A stretch of DNA of 64,000 bases from positions 35,168-99,167 of the forward strand of contig CAYLKO010000002.1 of the NCBI GenBank assembly GCA_964384525.1, in the 5' to 3' direction. The stretch comes from an uncultured Chromatiaceae bacterium. Lineage in GTDB: Bacteria; Pseudomonadota; Gammaproteobacteria; Steroidobacterales; GCA-2729495. The translations under genes and the position numbers were made by a program. The notes below the pieces were generated by a model that saw only the letters and a program-made list of their open reading frames with translations, searched no databases and was not told the DNA's origin. Every line of letters begins with the position of its first letter. Position 1 is the stretch's first letter. Positions 1-8,873 of the stretch are shown piece after piece.

Positions 1-918
1 GGCGTTCACGGTGTTGCCGCAACCGGTGTAGTCGCGAAATTCGTTGCCGTCGCGATGATAGAAGGTCTGTGGAAGCAGGCCCTTGAAGTTCAGCGTGGGA
101 CCCTGCAGGCCGGCCTCGGTGGTGTGGTTCAGGACGATATCCAGGATGACCCCGATGCCGGCCCCGTGCAGGGCCTGCACCAGTGCGCGGAATTCGTCGC
201 CCTGCGTGGCCGATTCCGGTTCAACCACGTAGCCCCCGTGCAGGCTGCCGAACACGATCGGGCTGTAGCCCCAATAGTTGGTCAAGCCGAGCGCGGCGAC
301 GGACGGCGGGACATCCTGGGTATCGAAGCTCATCACCGGCATGAGCTGCACATGGGTGATGCCCAGATCCTGGAGGTAGGGAATCTTCTCGATCAGGCCC
401 GCAAAGGTGCCGGGGTGTTGCACGCCGGACGATCGATGGCGGGTGTAGCCGCCGACATGCAGTTCATAAATCACCGCACCTTCGAGCCCGATCGGCGCGT
501 GTGGGGCCGCTTCATCCATGGATGCCGGCTGCGTGGTGACGATGGCGCGGAGGCCGAGCCGGCCCTCCACCGACCAATTGGCGCGCTGCCAGCGGGCATG
601 GCTGATCGCCCGGGCGAAGGGATCCAGAACTTCGATCCGCCGTTCGGTGCCGTCGGGATCCTGCAAAGTCACCCGCCAGTTGTACTGGGTGCCGGCCGGC
701 AGGTCCGCCACGGCACAGTGCCAATGAAAGGCATGCCGGTTGGCCGGCAGCGCCAGCGGTACGGTCTGGAAGGGCTCGATGGCCGCTGCGTCTGCATACA
801 GCAGCAATTCCATGCCGGTTGCGGCCCGGCTGTAGACGGAAAAGTTGGTGGATCGGGGACTGAAAGCAGCCCCCGCCGGTGCGGGTGTTCCGGCAGAGAT
901 GGCGTGGCTAGTCGACAC
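1..918 (-). CDS. glgX: glycogen debranching enzyme GlgX / isoamylase (GH13), N-terminal ~305 codons; 3' end lies beyond the window start
   Basis: My own reverse-strand translation (absent from the track because there is no stop inside the window) reads ...GAAFSPRSTNFSVYSRAATGMELLLY...LTNYWGYSP...GVILDIVLNHTTE...FYHRDGNEFRDYTGCGNTVNA. This matches the typical GlgX N-domain plus GH13 conserved regions. Upstream in-frame stop at 955-957; first start candidate is GTG at 918-916. The + ORF 55..921 is its antisense shadow. Confidence 0.8.
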   Translation of the reverse strand, partial: MSTSHAISAGTPAPAGAAFSPRSTNFSVYSRAATGMELLLYADAAAIEPFQTVPLALPANRHAFHWHCAVADLPAGTQYNWRVTLQDPDGTERRIEVLDPFARAISHARWQRANWSVEGRLGLRAIVTTQPASMDEAAPHAPIGLEGAVIYELHVGGYTRHRSSGVQHPGTFAGLIEKIPYLQDLGITHVQLMPVMSFDTQDVPPSVAALGLTNYWGYSPIVFGSLHGGYVVEPESATQGDEFRALVQALHGAGIGVILDIVLNHTTEAGLQGPTLNFKGLLPQTFYHRDGNEFRDYTGCGNTVNA

Positions 919-1951
919 TGAAAATCCGCAACCAGTCGTAACGCATGCTGACGGTCAGCCAGCCACCGGCATTGGCCGCAGTGCTCGAGGCCTTGTCGAC
1001 TTCGTCGTAGGCAAATTCCCGCTCGAAGTCGTCATGCTGGATGAGGATCTGCAGATTGGGCGTGCCGGCCTGCTGGCTGTAGCGGAGCATGTCGATGTCA
1101 CCACCGGAATGAATCCGGCCAACCGCCAATATGGGGCGCTTGCCGATGTGCAGGTCGATGGCGAGTGGTTTGTGCGGGCCATCGACCAGCGTGTGGCCGC
1201 GTTGCAGCCGACGGATGACCAGATGATTCCCTTCAGTGCGCAAGGTGGTGACCACGCTGCTGCCAATCACGTCGTCGGCCGGGATGCCGTACATGTCGCC
1301 GGCCATCACGCGAGCCAGATCGCTGCTGCCCGAGGTCACGATGAACACGCGAAAGCCATTGACCCGCAGATAGCCGAGCAGTTCCCGCATCGGCTCGTAA
1401 CCAAGGCGGGTGTAGGCCCGCCCGAAGCGCGGATGGCGGGCGGTGGCCAGGAAGTCCCGCGCATCCTGCCGGAAATCATCCTGGGTGCGGCCTGCGTAGG
1501 CGGTGGCGACCAGTTGGAAGATGGCCGCGTCGCCGGCTTCCTGGAGGTACTTGCCGCCCAGTTCGAGGGCGGCCTTGTACGGCATTTCCTGCCGCCATTC
1601 AGGATGTGCACCAACCGTCGCCCGCAGCCGCTGCAAGGCGAACATGCCCTGCACCCGGGGCTTCTCGGGCCACAGGGTGCCGTCATCATTGAACACCGCG
1701 ATCCGGTCGGCCGGCGTCACGTAGCCCGGGCTGTCCGCCGTCGACACCTGGCCGACGAATTCCACGATGCGCTGGCGGGCGGGCGTATCGCGCCATGCCG
1801 GCAGCAGCTCCGCGGCGTTCGCTGCCAGCGGACCGAGCACCAGTATTGCCAGACTCAAGAAAGCCGTCACTTGTTGCACGCCGATGATCCTGCCAGACAG
1901 CACTGATGATTGCCGGTATTGTTCCCGATCATGAAGACAGACACGAATCAT
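908..1951 (-). CDS. secreted HAD-superfamily hydrolase (phosphatase-like)
   Basis: ORF 908..2107. HAD motif I-like FNDDGTLWPEKP, later IVTSGSSD, and an N-terminal hydrophobic signal AFLSLAILVLGPLAANA. Start is uncertain: ATG 1951 or GTG 1879. The ORF's first 52 codons overlap the divergent HIT gene and are unlikely to be real. Confidence 0.6.
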   Translation of the reverse strand: MIRVCLHDREQYRQSSVLSGRIIGVQQVTAFLSLAILVLGPLAANAAELLPAWRDTPARQRIVEFVGQVSTADSPGYVTPADRIAVFNDDGTLWPEKPRVQGMFALQRLRATVGAHPEWRQEMPYKAALELGGKYLQEAGDAAIFQLVATAYAGRTQDDFRQDARDFLATARHPRFGRAYTRLGYEPMRELLGYLRVNGFRVFIVTSGSSDLARVMAGDMYGIPADDVIGSSVVTTLRTEGNHLVIRRLQRGHTLVDGPHKPLAIDLHIGKRPILAVGRIHSGGDIDMLRYSQQAGTPNLQILIQHDDFEREFAYDEVDKASSTAANAGGWLTVSMRYDWLRIFSVD

Positions 1952-2347
1952 TGTCCACTGTGTGCGCCAACGGCAACGCCGCTCTGGGGCGACGACCGGT
2001 TGCGGATCATCAGCGCCGGCGACGCAGACTATCCCGGCTTCCTGCGCGTGGTCTGGCAGGCTCATGTGGCGGAGATGACCGAACTCGCGCCCGACGACCA
2101 GCAGCATTGCCTGCGGATCGTGCTGGCCGTCGAGTCCGTGCTGCGACAGCTGATGCGCCCCGACAAGATCAACCTGGCATCACTCGGCAATCAGGTGCCG
2201 CATCTGCATTGGCACGTGATTCCCCGCTTTGTCGATGATGCACATTTTCCTGATCCGGTCTGGGCGCCGCGCCGGCGGGCGGGTGTTGTACGGCCATTGG
2301 ATACGGATCTTTTCCGCGAGCAATTCCGGCGGGTGATCAGCAGCTGA
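1910..2347 (+). CDS. HIT family protein (histidine triad nucleotide hydrolase/transferase)
   Basis: Histidine triad NQVPHLHWHVIPRF near the C-terminus, typical ~140 aa size. The start could be the internal ATG at 1931 (MKTD). Confidence 0.75.
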   Translation: MPVLFPIMKTDTNHCPLCAPTATPLWGDDRLRIISAGDADYPGFLRVVWQAHVAEMTELAPDDQQHCLRIVLAVESVLRQLMRPDKINLASLGNQVPHLHWHVIPRFVDDAHFPDPVWAPRRRAGVVRPLDTDLFREQFRRVISS

Positions 2348-3407
2348 CAAGCGGCCGTCGCTCGCCGTCATCGAAAACCAGTTCACGCTCCGGCCAGCGG
2401 ACGGCCGCCAAACGGCCGCAATAAGCCGCGCCGGGCTTCACGGGTCGTTCCCGGTAACGCACACCCACGGAGAAGTCCACGCAGAAGGCATTTTGTTGTG
2501 GACCCAGCCAGGCATTGTCCGGTATCCCTGCGAACAGATCCTGCTCGCCGCGCGAATACGCGGCGGCGCCGGCCGCCGTTGCCCAGCGCCAGTAGTGGCC
2601 GAAGAGCACGGGCGTCGGGTCGCGGTAGCTGTCCCACCAGGGAACCCGATTCACCATCCGCCACTTGCCGCTGGCATAAAAGGTCTGCGTGGCGAGCTGC
2701 TCGACGCCCGAGGTCAGAACCCGCACCGGGTTCGCCATCTGGCTGTGTTCGTCCTGACGGCCGATGGCCGGGAGCAGCGGCACCAACGCCGATTCATTCA
2801 CGAGTTGCTGGTGCCACTGGGCATACTCCTGCGTGGCGGCCGCCTTGAGGCCCGCTTTCACCGCCCACTGTTCAGCCTCGACGCGGTGGGCGTCGTAGAC
2901 CTCGAGCAGCGATGCCGCGGCCAGCTCCTGCTGCAAGCGTTGCAGGGAGGCTGGATGCCAGGCCGCATGCACCACCCGGAGATCGGGTCGTTCGAGCACG
3001 AGCGGCAGATTCGCCAGGAATTCGAGACAGGCCGCCCGATCGGCGGTCGTGGCCGGCGTGCATTGCCGGAACTTGCCCAGTTCATGGTCGTGGTCGCGCT
3101 CGAAGAACCAGCCATTGCCGGGTTTGCGCGTGCCACGCAACAGATTGAGTTCATGATTGCCGAGCACACACTGGGCTAGTCCCGCGGCAACCCGTTCAGC
3201 GACATGGTGAACGACCGCCGGACTGTCCGGCCCCCGATCGCAGAGATCGCCGACGAAGACCAGGCGACGATTGCCCGGATGCGAGCCGTCCGGGCGGTAG
3301 TCCAGAAAAAACTCCAAGGAGCGCAGCGCGTCGATTTCGCCGTGGACGTCGCCGATGACATCGATCGGGCCGGAGAAAAGTGCCGTATTCAGCGATCGGG
3401 CGCTCAT
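2337..3407 (-). CDS. metallophosphoesterase, ApaH/PrpE-like Ser/Thr phosphatase family
   Basis: From M117 of ORF 2337..3755: MSARS...IDVIGDVHGEIDAL...LVFVGDLCDRGPDS...VLGNHELNLL (the GDxHG / GDxxDRG / GNHE motifs). The ATG at 3407 overlaps the upstream gene's stop as ATGA. The Arg/Pro-rich N-terminal extension in the track was rejected. Confidence 0.75.
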   Translation of the reverse strand: MSARSLNTALFSGPIDVIGDVHGEIDALRSLEFFLDYRPDGSHPGNRRLVFVGDLCDRGPDSPAVVHHVAERVAAGLAQCVLGNHELNLLRGTRKPGNGWFFERDHDHELGKFRQCTPATTADRAACLEFLANLPLVLERPDLRVVHAAWHPASLQRLQQELAAASLLEVYDAHRVEAEQWAVKAGLKAAATQEYAQWHQQLVNESALVPLLPAIGRQDEHSQMANPVRVLTSGVEQLATQTFYASGKWRMVNRVPWWDSYRDPTPVLFGHYWRWATAAGAAAYSRGEQDLFAGIPDNAWLGPQQNAFCVDFSVGVRYRERPVKPGAAYCGRLAAVRWPERELVFDDGERRPLVSC

Positions 3408-4576
3408 CAGACCGGAACGTGGATGGCGTCGTAGGCGGCGAGGCCGAGGGATTCCTCGTTGCGATGGGTCTCCTCGTGGTAGCGATCGGGATCGGTGGTG
3501 GTGAGGCGGTTGCCGTTGTCGCACGAGGCCAGCAGCACGCCGTTGGCACGGGCAACCCGTGCCTGCTCGTAGCGGGCCAGCGCTTCGGGGATGGTGCTGG
3601 ATGCGCTGATGGCCCGGGCGAGAACCATGCCGTCTTCCAGGGCCATGGCGGCACCCTGGCCGAGAAAGGGCGTGGTCGGGTGGGCGGCGTCGCCGAGCAA
3701 CGTGACCCGGCCCACCGACCAGGCCGGCAGGGGATCGCGGTCGAAAATCCCCCACTTGAAACAGAGCTCCGGCGGCGTCGCCATCAGGACGGAGCGGGCG
3801 CTCGCTTCAAACTCGCGGAACTCGGCGAGCAAGGCCTCCACCGTGGAACGCACCGACCAGCCTTCCTCCACCCAGCTGTTGGTGCGGGCGATCGCGATGT
3901 AGTTCAGCAGCTCACCCCGCCGGATCCTGTAGCGGGTGAGGAAGTGACCCGGGCCGATCCACACGGCGGAGTCCGGCGTCACCAGTGATTCGCTCAGTCG
4001 TTCCATCGGCACCAGCCCCCGCCAGGCCACGTAGCCGGTGAAGCGGGGATCTTCGCTGCCGAACAGCCGCGTGCGGACCGTGGAGCGGATGCCGTCGCAA
4101 CCCACCAGCAGATCACCCCGGGCACTGTCACCGTTGCTGAAGATCGCGGTGACGCCGGTGGCATCCTGGGCGAAGTCCTGCAGCGAGGCGTTGAGGTGCA
4201 GGCAGTTGCGGTCGTGGCTGCGCACCGCCCCCACCAGTGCCTGATGCAGATCATTGCGATGGATCTGGCAGTAGGGTGCCCCGTAGCGCTCCAGCTGGGT
4301 ATTGCCCCGGGGGATATCCACCAGCACCCGGCCGTTGCGATAGTCCTTGACGGCACCGTGGGCGGGAATGACCGCCAGATCATCCAGAACGCTGCCGAGG
4401 CCAAGGTGCAGCAGGATCCGCGAGCCGTTCGAGGCCAGCGTCAGGCCGGCGCCGACTTCCGCGAGAGCGGCCGCCTGTTCATATATGGACACCCGGATTC
4501 CGAAGCGCTGCAGAGCGAGTGCAGTGACCAGGCCGCCGATACCGGCGCCGACGATAACGACATGCTGTTCTGACAC
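3407..4576 (-). CDS. FAD-dependent aromatic-ring monooxygenase (salicylate / 3-hydroxybenzoate hydroxylase-like)
   Basis: N-terminal Rossmann motif VVIVGAGIGGLVTALAL and C-terminal GDAAHPTTPFLGQGAAMALEDG FAD motif; 389 aa. Confidence 0.8.
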   Translation of the reverse strand: MSEQHVVIVGAGIGGLVTALALQRFGIRVSIYEQAAALAEVGAGLTLASNGSRILLHLGLGSVLDDLAVIPAHGAVKDYRNGRVLVDIPRGNTQLERYGAPYCQIHRNDLHQALVGAVRSHDRNCLHLNASLQDFAQDATGVTAIFSNGDSARGDLLVGCDGIRSTVRTRLFGSEDPRFTGYVAWRGLVPMERLSESLVTPDSAVWIGPGHFLTRYRIRRGELLNYIAIARTNSWVEEGWSVRSTVEALLAEFREFEASARSVLMATPPELCFKWGIFDRDPLPAWSVGRVTLLGDAAHPTTPFLGQGAAMALEDGMVLARAISASSTIPEALARYEQARVARANGVLLASCDNGNRLTTTDPDRYHEETHRNEESLGLAAYDAIHVPV

Positions 4577-4618
4577 GGACTGGTGAGCCTCGCCTGTACG
4601 GATTTCCGTGGCGGTGGG

Positions 4619-5266
4619 TCAGGGAGCCAGCCGCTGCATCATCCAGCCATCAGCCGACACGCTGTAACTGAACCGGTCATGCAGGCGACTTGCACGCGCC
4701 TGCCAGAACTCCATTGTTTCGGCCGCCACCCGATAGCCACCCCAGAAAGTGGGCAAGGGGACTTCGGCGGTACCGAATCGAGCCTCGATCTCGGCATATT
4801 TCCCGTCCAGCACGTCGCGCGCGTCGATCGCGTGGCTCTGGGCCGAGGCCCAGGCCCCGATCTGGCTGGTCCGTGGCCGGCTCCTGAAGTAGTCCAGATC
4901 CTCGCTTGCCAGGGTGCGCACGGCTTTGCCCGTGATGCGGACCTGGCGACCGATCTCGGCCCAGTACAGCAGCAGGGCCACCTGTGGATTGTGGCGGATG
5001 TCCTGGGCCTTGCGGCTGCCGAGATTGGTATAGAACACGAAGCCCCGGACATCGAAAGACTTGAGCAGGACGGTGCGCAATGACGGCTGGCCGTCGATAC
5101 CCACCGTCGCGACGCTCATCGCATTCGGATCCAGGGTGCTGGCGGCGAGTGCATCGCTGAACCAGTTCCGGAACTGGGTGATCGGGTCCGGGGCAAGGTC
5201 ACTTCGGCGCAGCGGCCGCGTCATGAATTCGCGGCGCAGGTTCGCCAGGTCCATCGGGTCTGTCAT
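4619..5266 (-). CDS. pdxH: pyridoxamine 5'-phosphate oxidase
   Basis: 215 aa with RTVLLKSFDVRGFVFYTNLGSRKAQDI, YWAEIGRQVRITG, FRSRPRTSQIGAWAS, WGGYRV..EFWQ..SRLHDR. This is the full-length PdxH pattern. Confidence 0.9.
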   Translation of the reverse strand: MTDPMDLANLRREFMTRPLRRSDLAPDPITQFRNWFSDALAASTLDPNAMSVATVGIDGQPSLRTVLLKSFDVRGFVFYTNLGSRKAQDIRHNPQVALLLYWAEIGRQVRITGKAVRTLASEDLDYFRSRPRTSQIGAWASAQSHAIDARDVLDGKYAEIEARFGTAEVPLPTFWGGYRVAAETMEFWQARASRLHDRFSYSVSADGWMMQRLAP

Positions 5267-5292
5267 GGGCCCATTCTAGGCCCTGGCAGCCA

Positions 5293-5415
5293 TCACGCCG
5301 GAATCAATACGCGGAGCTTCTGCGAAATCACGGTGTCGGCCACTTCCTCGATGGCCTGGCCCGGCTGCAGCAGCTGGTTCAGCAGCCTGCGGGTGACCTC
5401 CTCGCCGCGAAACAT
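5293..5415 (-). CDS. possible small ORF (40 aa from ATG; up to 49 aa from GTG at 5442), unknown function
   Basis: My own translation: MFRGEEVTRRLLNQLLQPGQAIEEVADTVISQKLRVLIPA*. It lies between the DUF4136 gene and pdxH in the same orientation. No recognisable motif and no clear SD. Confidence 0.2.
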   Translation of the reverse strand: MFRGEEVTRRLLNQLLQPGQAIEEVADTVISQKLRVLIPA

Positions 5416-5516
5416 TAGGGTATCGCCGGCATTGGTCACCACGTCCTCGTCCAGACGCCCAACCGGTTGACTATCGGCAGGTCAGTGGCCGGACCTTGGG
5501 CGCGGATTCACATTTT

Positions 5517-6092
5517 TCAGGGTGCGCGATATGGGTATTTGCCGAAGAGCTGGTTGATCACGCCGGCCACGACGGGCTGCAGGTTGGCCCGATCCTTGTT
5601 GGTCACGCGGCCCACGGCCGTGCCTTCCCAGACAAGTTGCATGCGGGCCGCGTCGACGATATCCATCGTCAGCGTGCCTTCGGTGTACTGCGTGACATGG
5701 GTTTCGTAGCCACCCCAGACGCCGTAGTAACCGGACCGGTAGCCGTAATAGCCACCAAAAGGCATGGTCGACGGCGTTGACGTGCTTTGAATCCGGTCCT
5801 GGGTCTGCATATGGAAGTTGATGAGCAGATCGGGGTTGTCGGCACGCTGATAGCCCCTGGCCTCGAGCTCGCGGGAGGCAGCCGTGCGCAGATACTGGCT
5901 CAGGATCGACGAATAGCCGTCATGGTCGGTATCCAGCGGCTTGACGAATCCGTAGGTCTTGTAGCTGCCAAAACCGGCGACCGGATCAGCATTCACGAAG
6001 AGTGTCGGCCCGGACGCACAGCTGGTCAGCAGCACCATCACGGCGACGGTGAGCAGGGCGCGGGGCAGGCAGGTACCGAGCGTGCGAGTCAT
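5517..6092 (-). CDS. DUF4136-type outer-membrane lipoprotein
   Basis: Lipobox VLLTSC after a signal peptide, a Gly/Tyr-rich central segment (FGGYYGYRSGYYGVWGGY) and a C-terminal WEGTAVG block typical of DUF4136 lipoproteins. Confidence 0.65.
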   Translation of the reverse strand: MTRTLGTCLPRALLTVAVMVLLTSCASGPTLFVNADPVAGFGSYKTYGFVKPLDTDHDGYSSILSQYLRTAASRELEARGYQRADNPDLLINFHMQTQDRIQSTSTPSTMPFGGYYGYRSGYYGVWGGYETHVTQYTEGTLTMDIVDAARMQLVWEGTAVGRVTNKDRANLQPVVAGVINQLFGKYPYRAP

Positions 6093-6140
6093 CTTTCAAC
6101 CTCTTTCCGGCAATGGTCGGATCGTAACTGGAGCATGTGC

Positions 6141-7085
6141 CTATAGGGGGCGCAAGGCCGTTAACCGGAGCTTAACCCTGCCGAGAATCCTGACATTTCC
6201 CGAGAGCTCCAGGGGCGCCCGCGTGGTGGGGTCCAGCAGCAATTCAAGCTTGCCGCGCAGGCCGAGCAGCTCCAGGTCGTCATCGTCGGGATCACCACCG
6301 GGCACGGGCAGGCCCTCGAGCGACAGTCGCACAGGCAGGACTGTCCCATTACGTTGAATCGTGCCGGTAGGCCACAGCTCATCGTAACGCACGCCGACTT
6401 CGGTCGCCGGCAGAACCCGGATGCGCACGGTCTGGGTGTCGCGCCGACGAAATATCAGCAGCTCCAGTTGCTCACCGGGCTGGTCGAGGTCGGCGGCGGC
6501 AATGGCATACAAAAGGCCGGTGGGCTCGATGACCGCCTGCCCACCCGGCGCCAGCGGATAGGTCCGCAAGCCCTGGCTGGTGCGCGTCCAGCGGGAGGGT
6601 TGCAGGCTGTCTTCCGCGGCCGTCGCCGGCCAGCGGGTGCGTTGATAGGCGCCCTCGTGCCCGAAGCGATAGACCCGCCAGCGCAACCGGCCCCGCTGGT
6701 CGTGCTGCGTGCGTTGCAGGGCAGCTCCGGATCGTGGGTCCATCAGCAGGATCACGCTGGATTGCCGGCCCACGCCGCCGGCTTCGTAGCTCAGTTCGAG
6801 GACTTCGTTGCCTGGCTTGAGCGGTGTAAAGCCATCGGCGACGATGGTCGCCAGATCGCCGGCGGCTGCAGCGCCGGAGAGGGTGCGCAAGGTCAAACGC
6901 GCCTCGGCTGTCAGCATGAGCTTGCTGGCGGTCATCCGGATTTCGGACCAGCCGACCCGTGCCGGATCGAGCCGGGTGTTGTCCGGACCCGCCATCGTGG
7001 CCGGCGTCACCGCGAGCAGCCCGGCGGCCATCAGGGCCGATGCGGTCAGCAGCCGGTGGCGTGGCGCGGGTGAAGCGTGATTCAT
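6141..7085 (-). CDS. hypothetical secreted protein (possibly DUF3108-like)
   Basis: 314 aa ORF with a signal peptide (LLTASALMAAGLLAVTPATMA). Coding-like composition. Divergent from tamA. The family assignment is not secure. Confidence 0.5.
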   Translation of the reverse strand: MNHASPAPRHRLLTASALMAAGLLAVTPATMAGPDNTRLDPARVGWSEIRMTASKLMLTAEARLTLRTLSGAAAAGDLATIVADGFTPLKPGNEVLELSYEAGGVGRQSSVILLMDPRSGAALQRTQHDQRGRLRWRVYRFGHEGAYQRTRWPATAAEDSLQPSRWTRTSQGLRTYPLAPGGQAVIEPTGLLYAIAAADLDQPGEQLELLIFRRRDTQTVRIRVLPATEVGVRYDELWPTGTIQRNGTVLPVRLSLEGLPVPGGDPDDDDLELLGLRGKLELLLDPTTRAPLELSGNVRILGRVKLRLTALRPL

Positions 7086-7133
7086 TCCGCGATAATAACG
7101 CGGAGCTGCCAGGGATCAGGGACCGACGACGAC

Positions 7134-8873
7134 ATGCGTTTTCCAAGGCTTGCCGCCACGCTGGCCACCTGTCTGCTGATTGTCCTGGCACTCGGCGCAC
7201 CGGCAGTCCGGGCGGAGGTGGACTTTGCAGGCTTGAGCCGCACCACGGAAAAAGTGGTCCGGGCCACGGTGGATCTGGTGGACGAGCCCTGCAGCGCGCC
7301 GGACGCTCGTGTGCGCCGCCTGTTCAAGCGGGCCGACCGGCAGGTTCATCAGGCCCTCGAAGTGTATGGCTACTATTCGCCGACCATCAAAGGATCACTG
7401 ACCCACGCCGGCAATTGCTGGCAGGCGCGCTTCGAGATCGACCGCGGGCCGCGGGTGCGCCTGCGCAAGGTGGCCATCGGCATCACCGGGCCCGGCAGTG
7501 ATGATCCGGTGCTGGCGCGATTCCTCTCGCGGGAGATGTTGTCGGCCGGCGATGGACTGAACCAGAGTGCCTACGATGGTCTGAAGGCGTCATTGGCGGG
7601 CCTCGCCCAGCGGCGTGGCTACTTTGACGGGCGTTTTGCCACGAGCCGCATCGATGTGTATCCGGATCAGGATGCCGCCGACATCACGCTCGACTACGTC
7701 TCCGGCGAGCGCTACCGCTTCGGGCCCAGCACGCTGGACCAGTATGGCGTTGCTCCGGAACTGGCGCTGCGCTTTGGCGAGTTCAAGCCGGGTGAGCCCT
7801 ACGACGCCGACCGGCTCAACGAGCTGTACACGGACCTGCTCGCCGGCGGCTACTTCCAGAACATCGAGTTGCGCACCACCCAGCGTCCGGCACCGGATCT
7901 GGATGTGCCGCTGACCATCGTCCTGACGGCGGCACCGCCGCGCACCTGGACCACGGGCGTTGGTTATGCCACCGACACCGGGGCCAAGCTGCGGCTGGGT
8001 TACGTCAATCAGCGGCTGAATCGCAAGGGGCATCAGCTCGAGTTCGATTCCAACCTGGCCGAGGTTCTGGGCAGCAGTACCGTGAGTTATCGGCTGCCGC
8101 AAGGCAGTCCGCGGGACGAGTGGCTGAGCTTCGATGCGGGCTATCAGTACGACAATCCGGAAGACAGCCGCAGCAACGAGTTCCGGCTGGGCGTCAAGCA
8201 GATCAAACGCCGGTTCTCGACCTGGCGGGAAACGCGCTTCATCGACTATCGCCGGGAGAGCTACCGGATTGGCGAAACCCGCAACACCAGTGATCTCGTC
8301 ATTCCGGGCATCAGCTGGTCGCAGCAGCCGCGTCTCCTGCCGAGTCGTCCGCGACGGGGCCATCGCCTGGCGCTCACGGTCAGCGGCACGGACGAGTGGC
8401 TGGGGTCGGACACCGCCTTTGCCCAGATCGAGTCCTCCGGCAAGGTGATACTCCCCTTGTGGTCCACGGCACGTTTGCTGGTGCGTGGCGAGGTCGGCTG
8501 GACCATCAAGGATGATTTCGAGGACCTGCCGCTGTCGGTGCGCTACTTTGCCGGTGGCGATACCAGCGTCCGCGGCTATGGCTACAAGACCCTGGGGCCG
8601 GCCGACGCCGCCGGCAACGTGATCGGCGGGGCGGACAAGCTGGCCGGCAGCGTGGAGTTCGACCAGCAGGTCTTCGGCAACTGGTCGGTGGCCGCCTTCA
8701 TCGATGTCGGCAATGCCTTCAACTCGTTCAAGGACATGTCGCTGAAGACCGGCGTCGGCGCCGGCATCCGCTGGTACTCGCCACTCGGGCCGATCCGTTT
8801 CGATGTCGGCGTGCCGCTGCATGATTCACCCGACTCGTTCCGCATCCACATCACGCTGGGTCCGGATCTCTGA
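7134..8873 (+). CDS. tamA: translocation and assembly module outer-membrane subunit TamA (Omp85/BamA family)
   Basis: Signal peptide MRFPRLAATLATCLLIVLALGAPAVRA, POTRA-like N-terminal repeats, and a C-terminal Omp85 barrel with RYFAGGDTSVRGYGY and a terminal ...HITLGPDL. Stop overlaps the tamB ATG (TGATG). Confidence 0.85.
   Translation: MRFPRLAATLATCLLIVLALGAPAVRAEVDFAGLSRTTEKVVRATVDLVDEPCSAPDARVRRLFKRADRQVHQALEVYGYYSPTIKGSLTHAGNCWQARFEIDRGPRVRLRKVAIGITGPGSDDPVLARFLSREMLSAGDGLNQSAYDGLKASLAGLAQRRGYFDGRFATSRIDVYPDQDAADITLDYVSGERYRFGPSTLDQYGVAPELALRFGEFKPGEPYDADRLNELYTDLLAGGYFQNIELRTTQRPAPDLDVPLTIVLTAAPPRTWTTGVGYATDTGAKLRLGYVNQRLNRKGHQLEFDSNLAEVLGSSTVSYRLPQGSPRDEWLSFDAGYQYDNPEDSRSNEFRLGVKQIKRRFSTWRETRFIDYRRESYRIGETRNTSDLVIPGISWSQQPRLLPSRPRRGHRLALTVSGTDEWLGSDTAFAQIESSGKVILPLWSTARLLVRGEVGWTIKDDFEDLPLSVRYFAGGDTSVRGYGYKTLGPADAAGNVIGGADKLAGSVEFDQQVFGNWSVAAFIDVGNAFNSFKDMSLKTGVGAGIRWYSPLGPIRFDVGVPLHDSPDSFRIHITLGPDL

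Noticed and set aside
55-921. 288-aa + strand ORF at the window start
   Set aside because: It is the antisense shadow of glgX. The minus-strand translation carries unmistakable GH13/GlgX motifs, whereas this ORF is Gly/Arg/Ala-rich with no motif.
2337-3755. Full 472-aa version of the phosphoesterase ORF, and similarly the long versions 45934..46677, 41954..43768, 39460..41793, 46807..48405, 48242..49180, 50175..51734, 33921..34949, 34669..36450, 59757..60632
   Set aside because: Their N-terminal extensions overlap neighbouring well-supported genes and are Arg/Pro-rich nonsense. Internal starts give proteins of canonical length, with signal peptides or SD sequences where expected.
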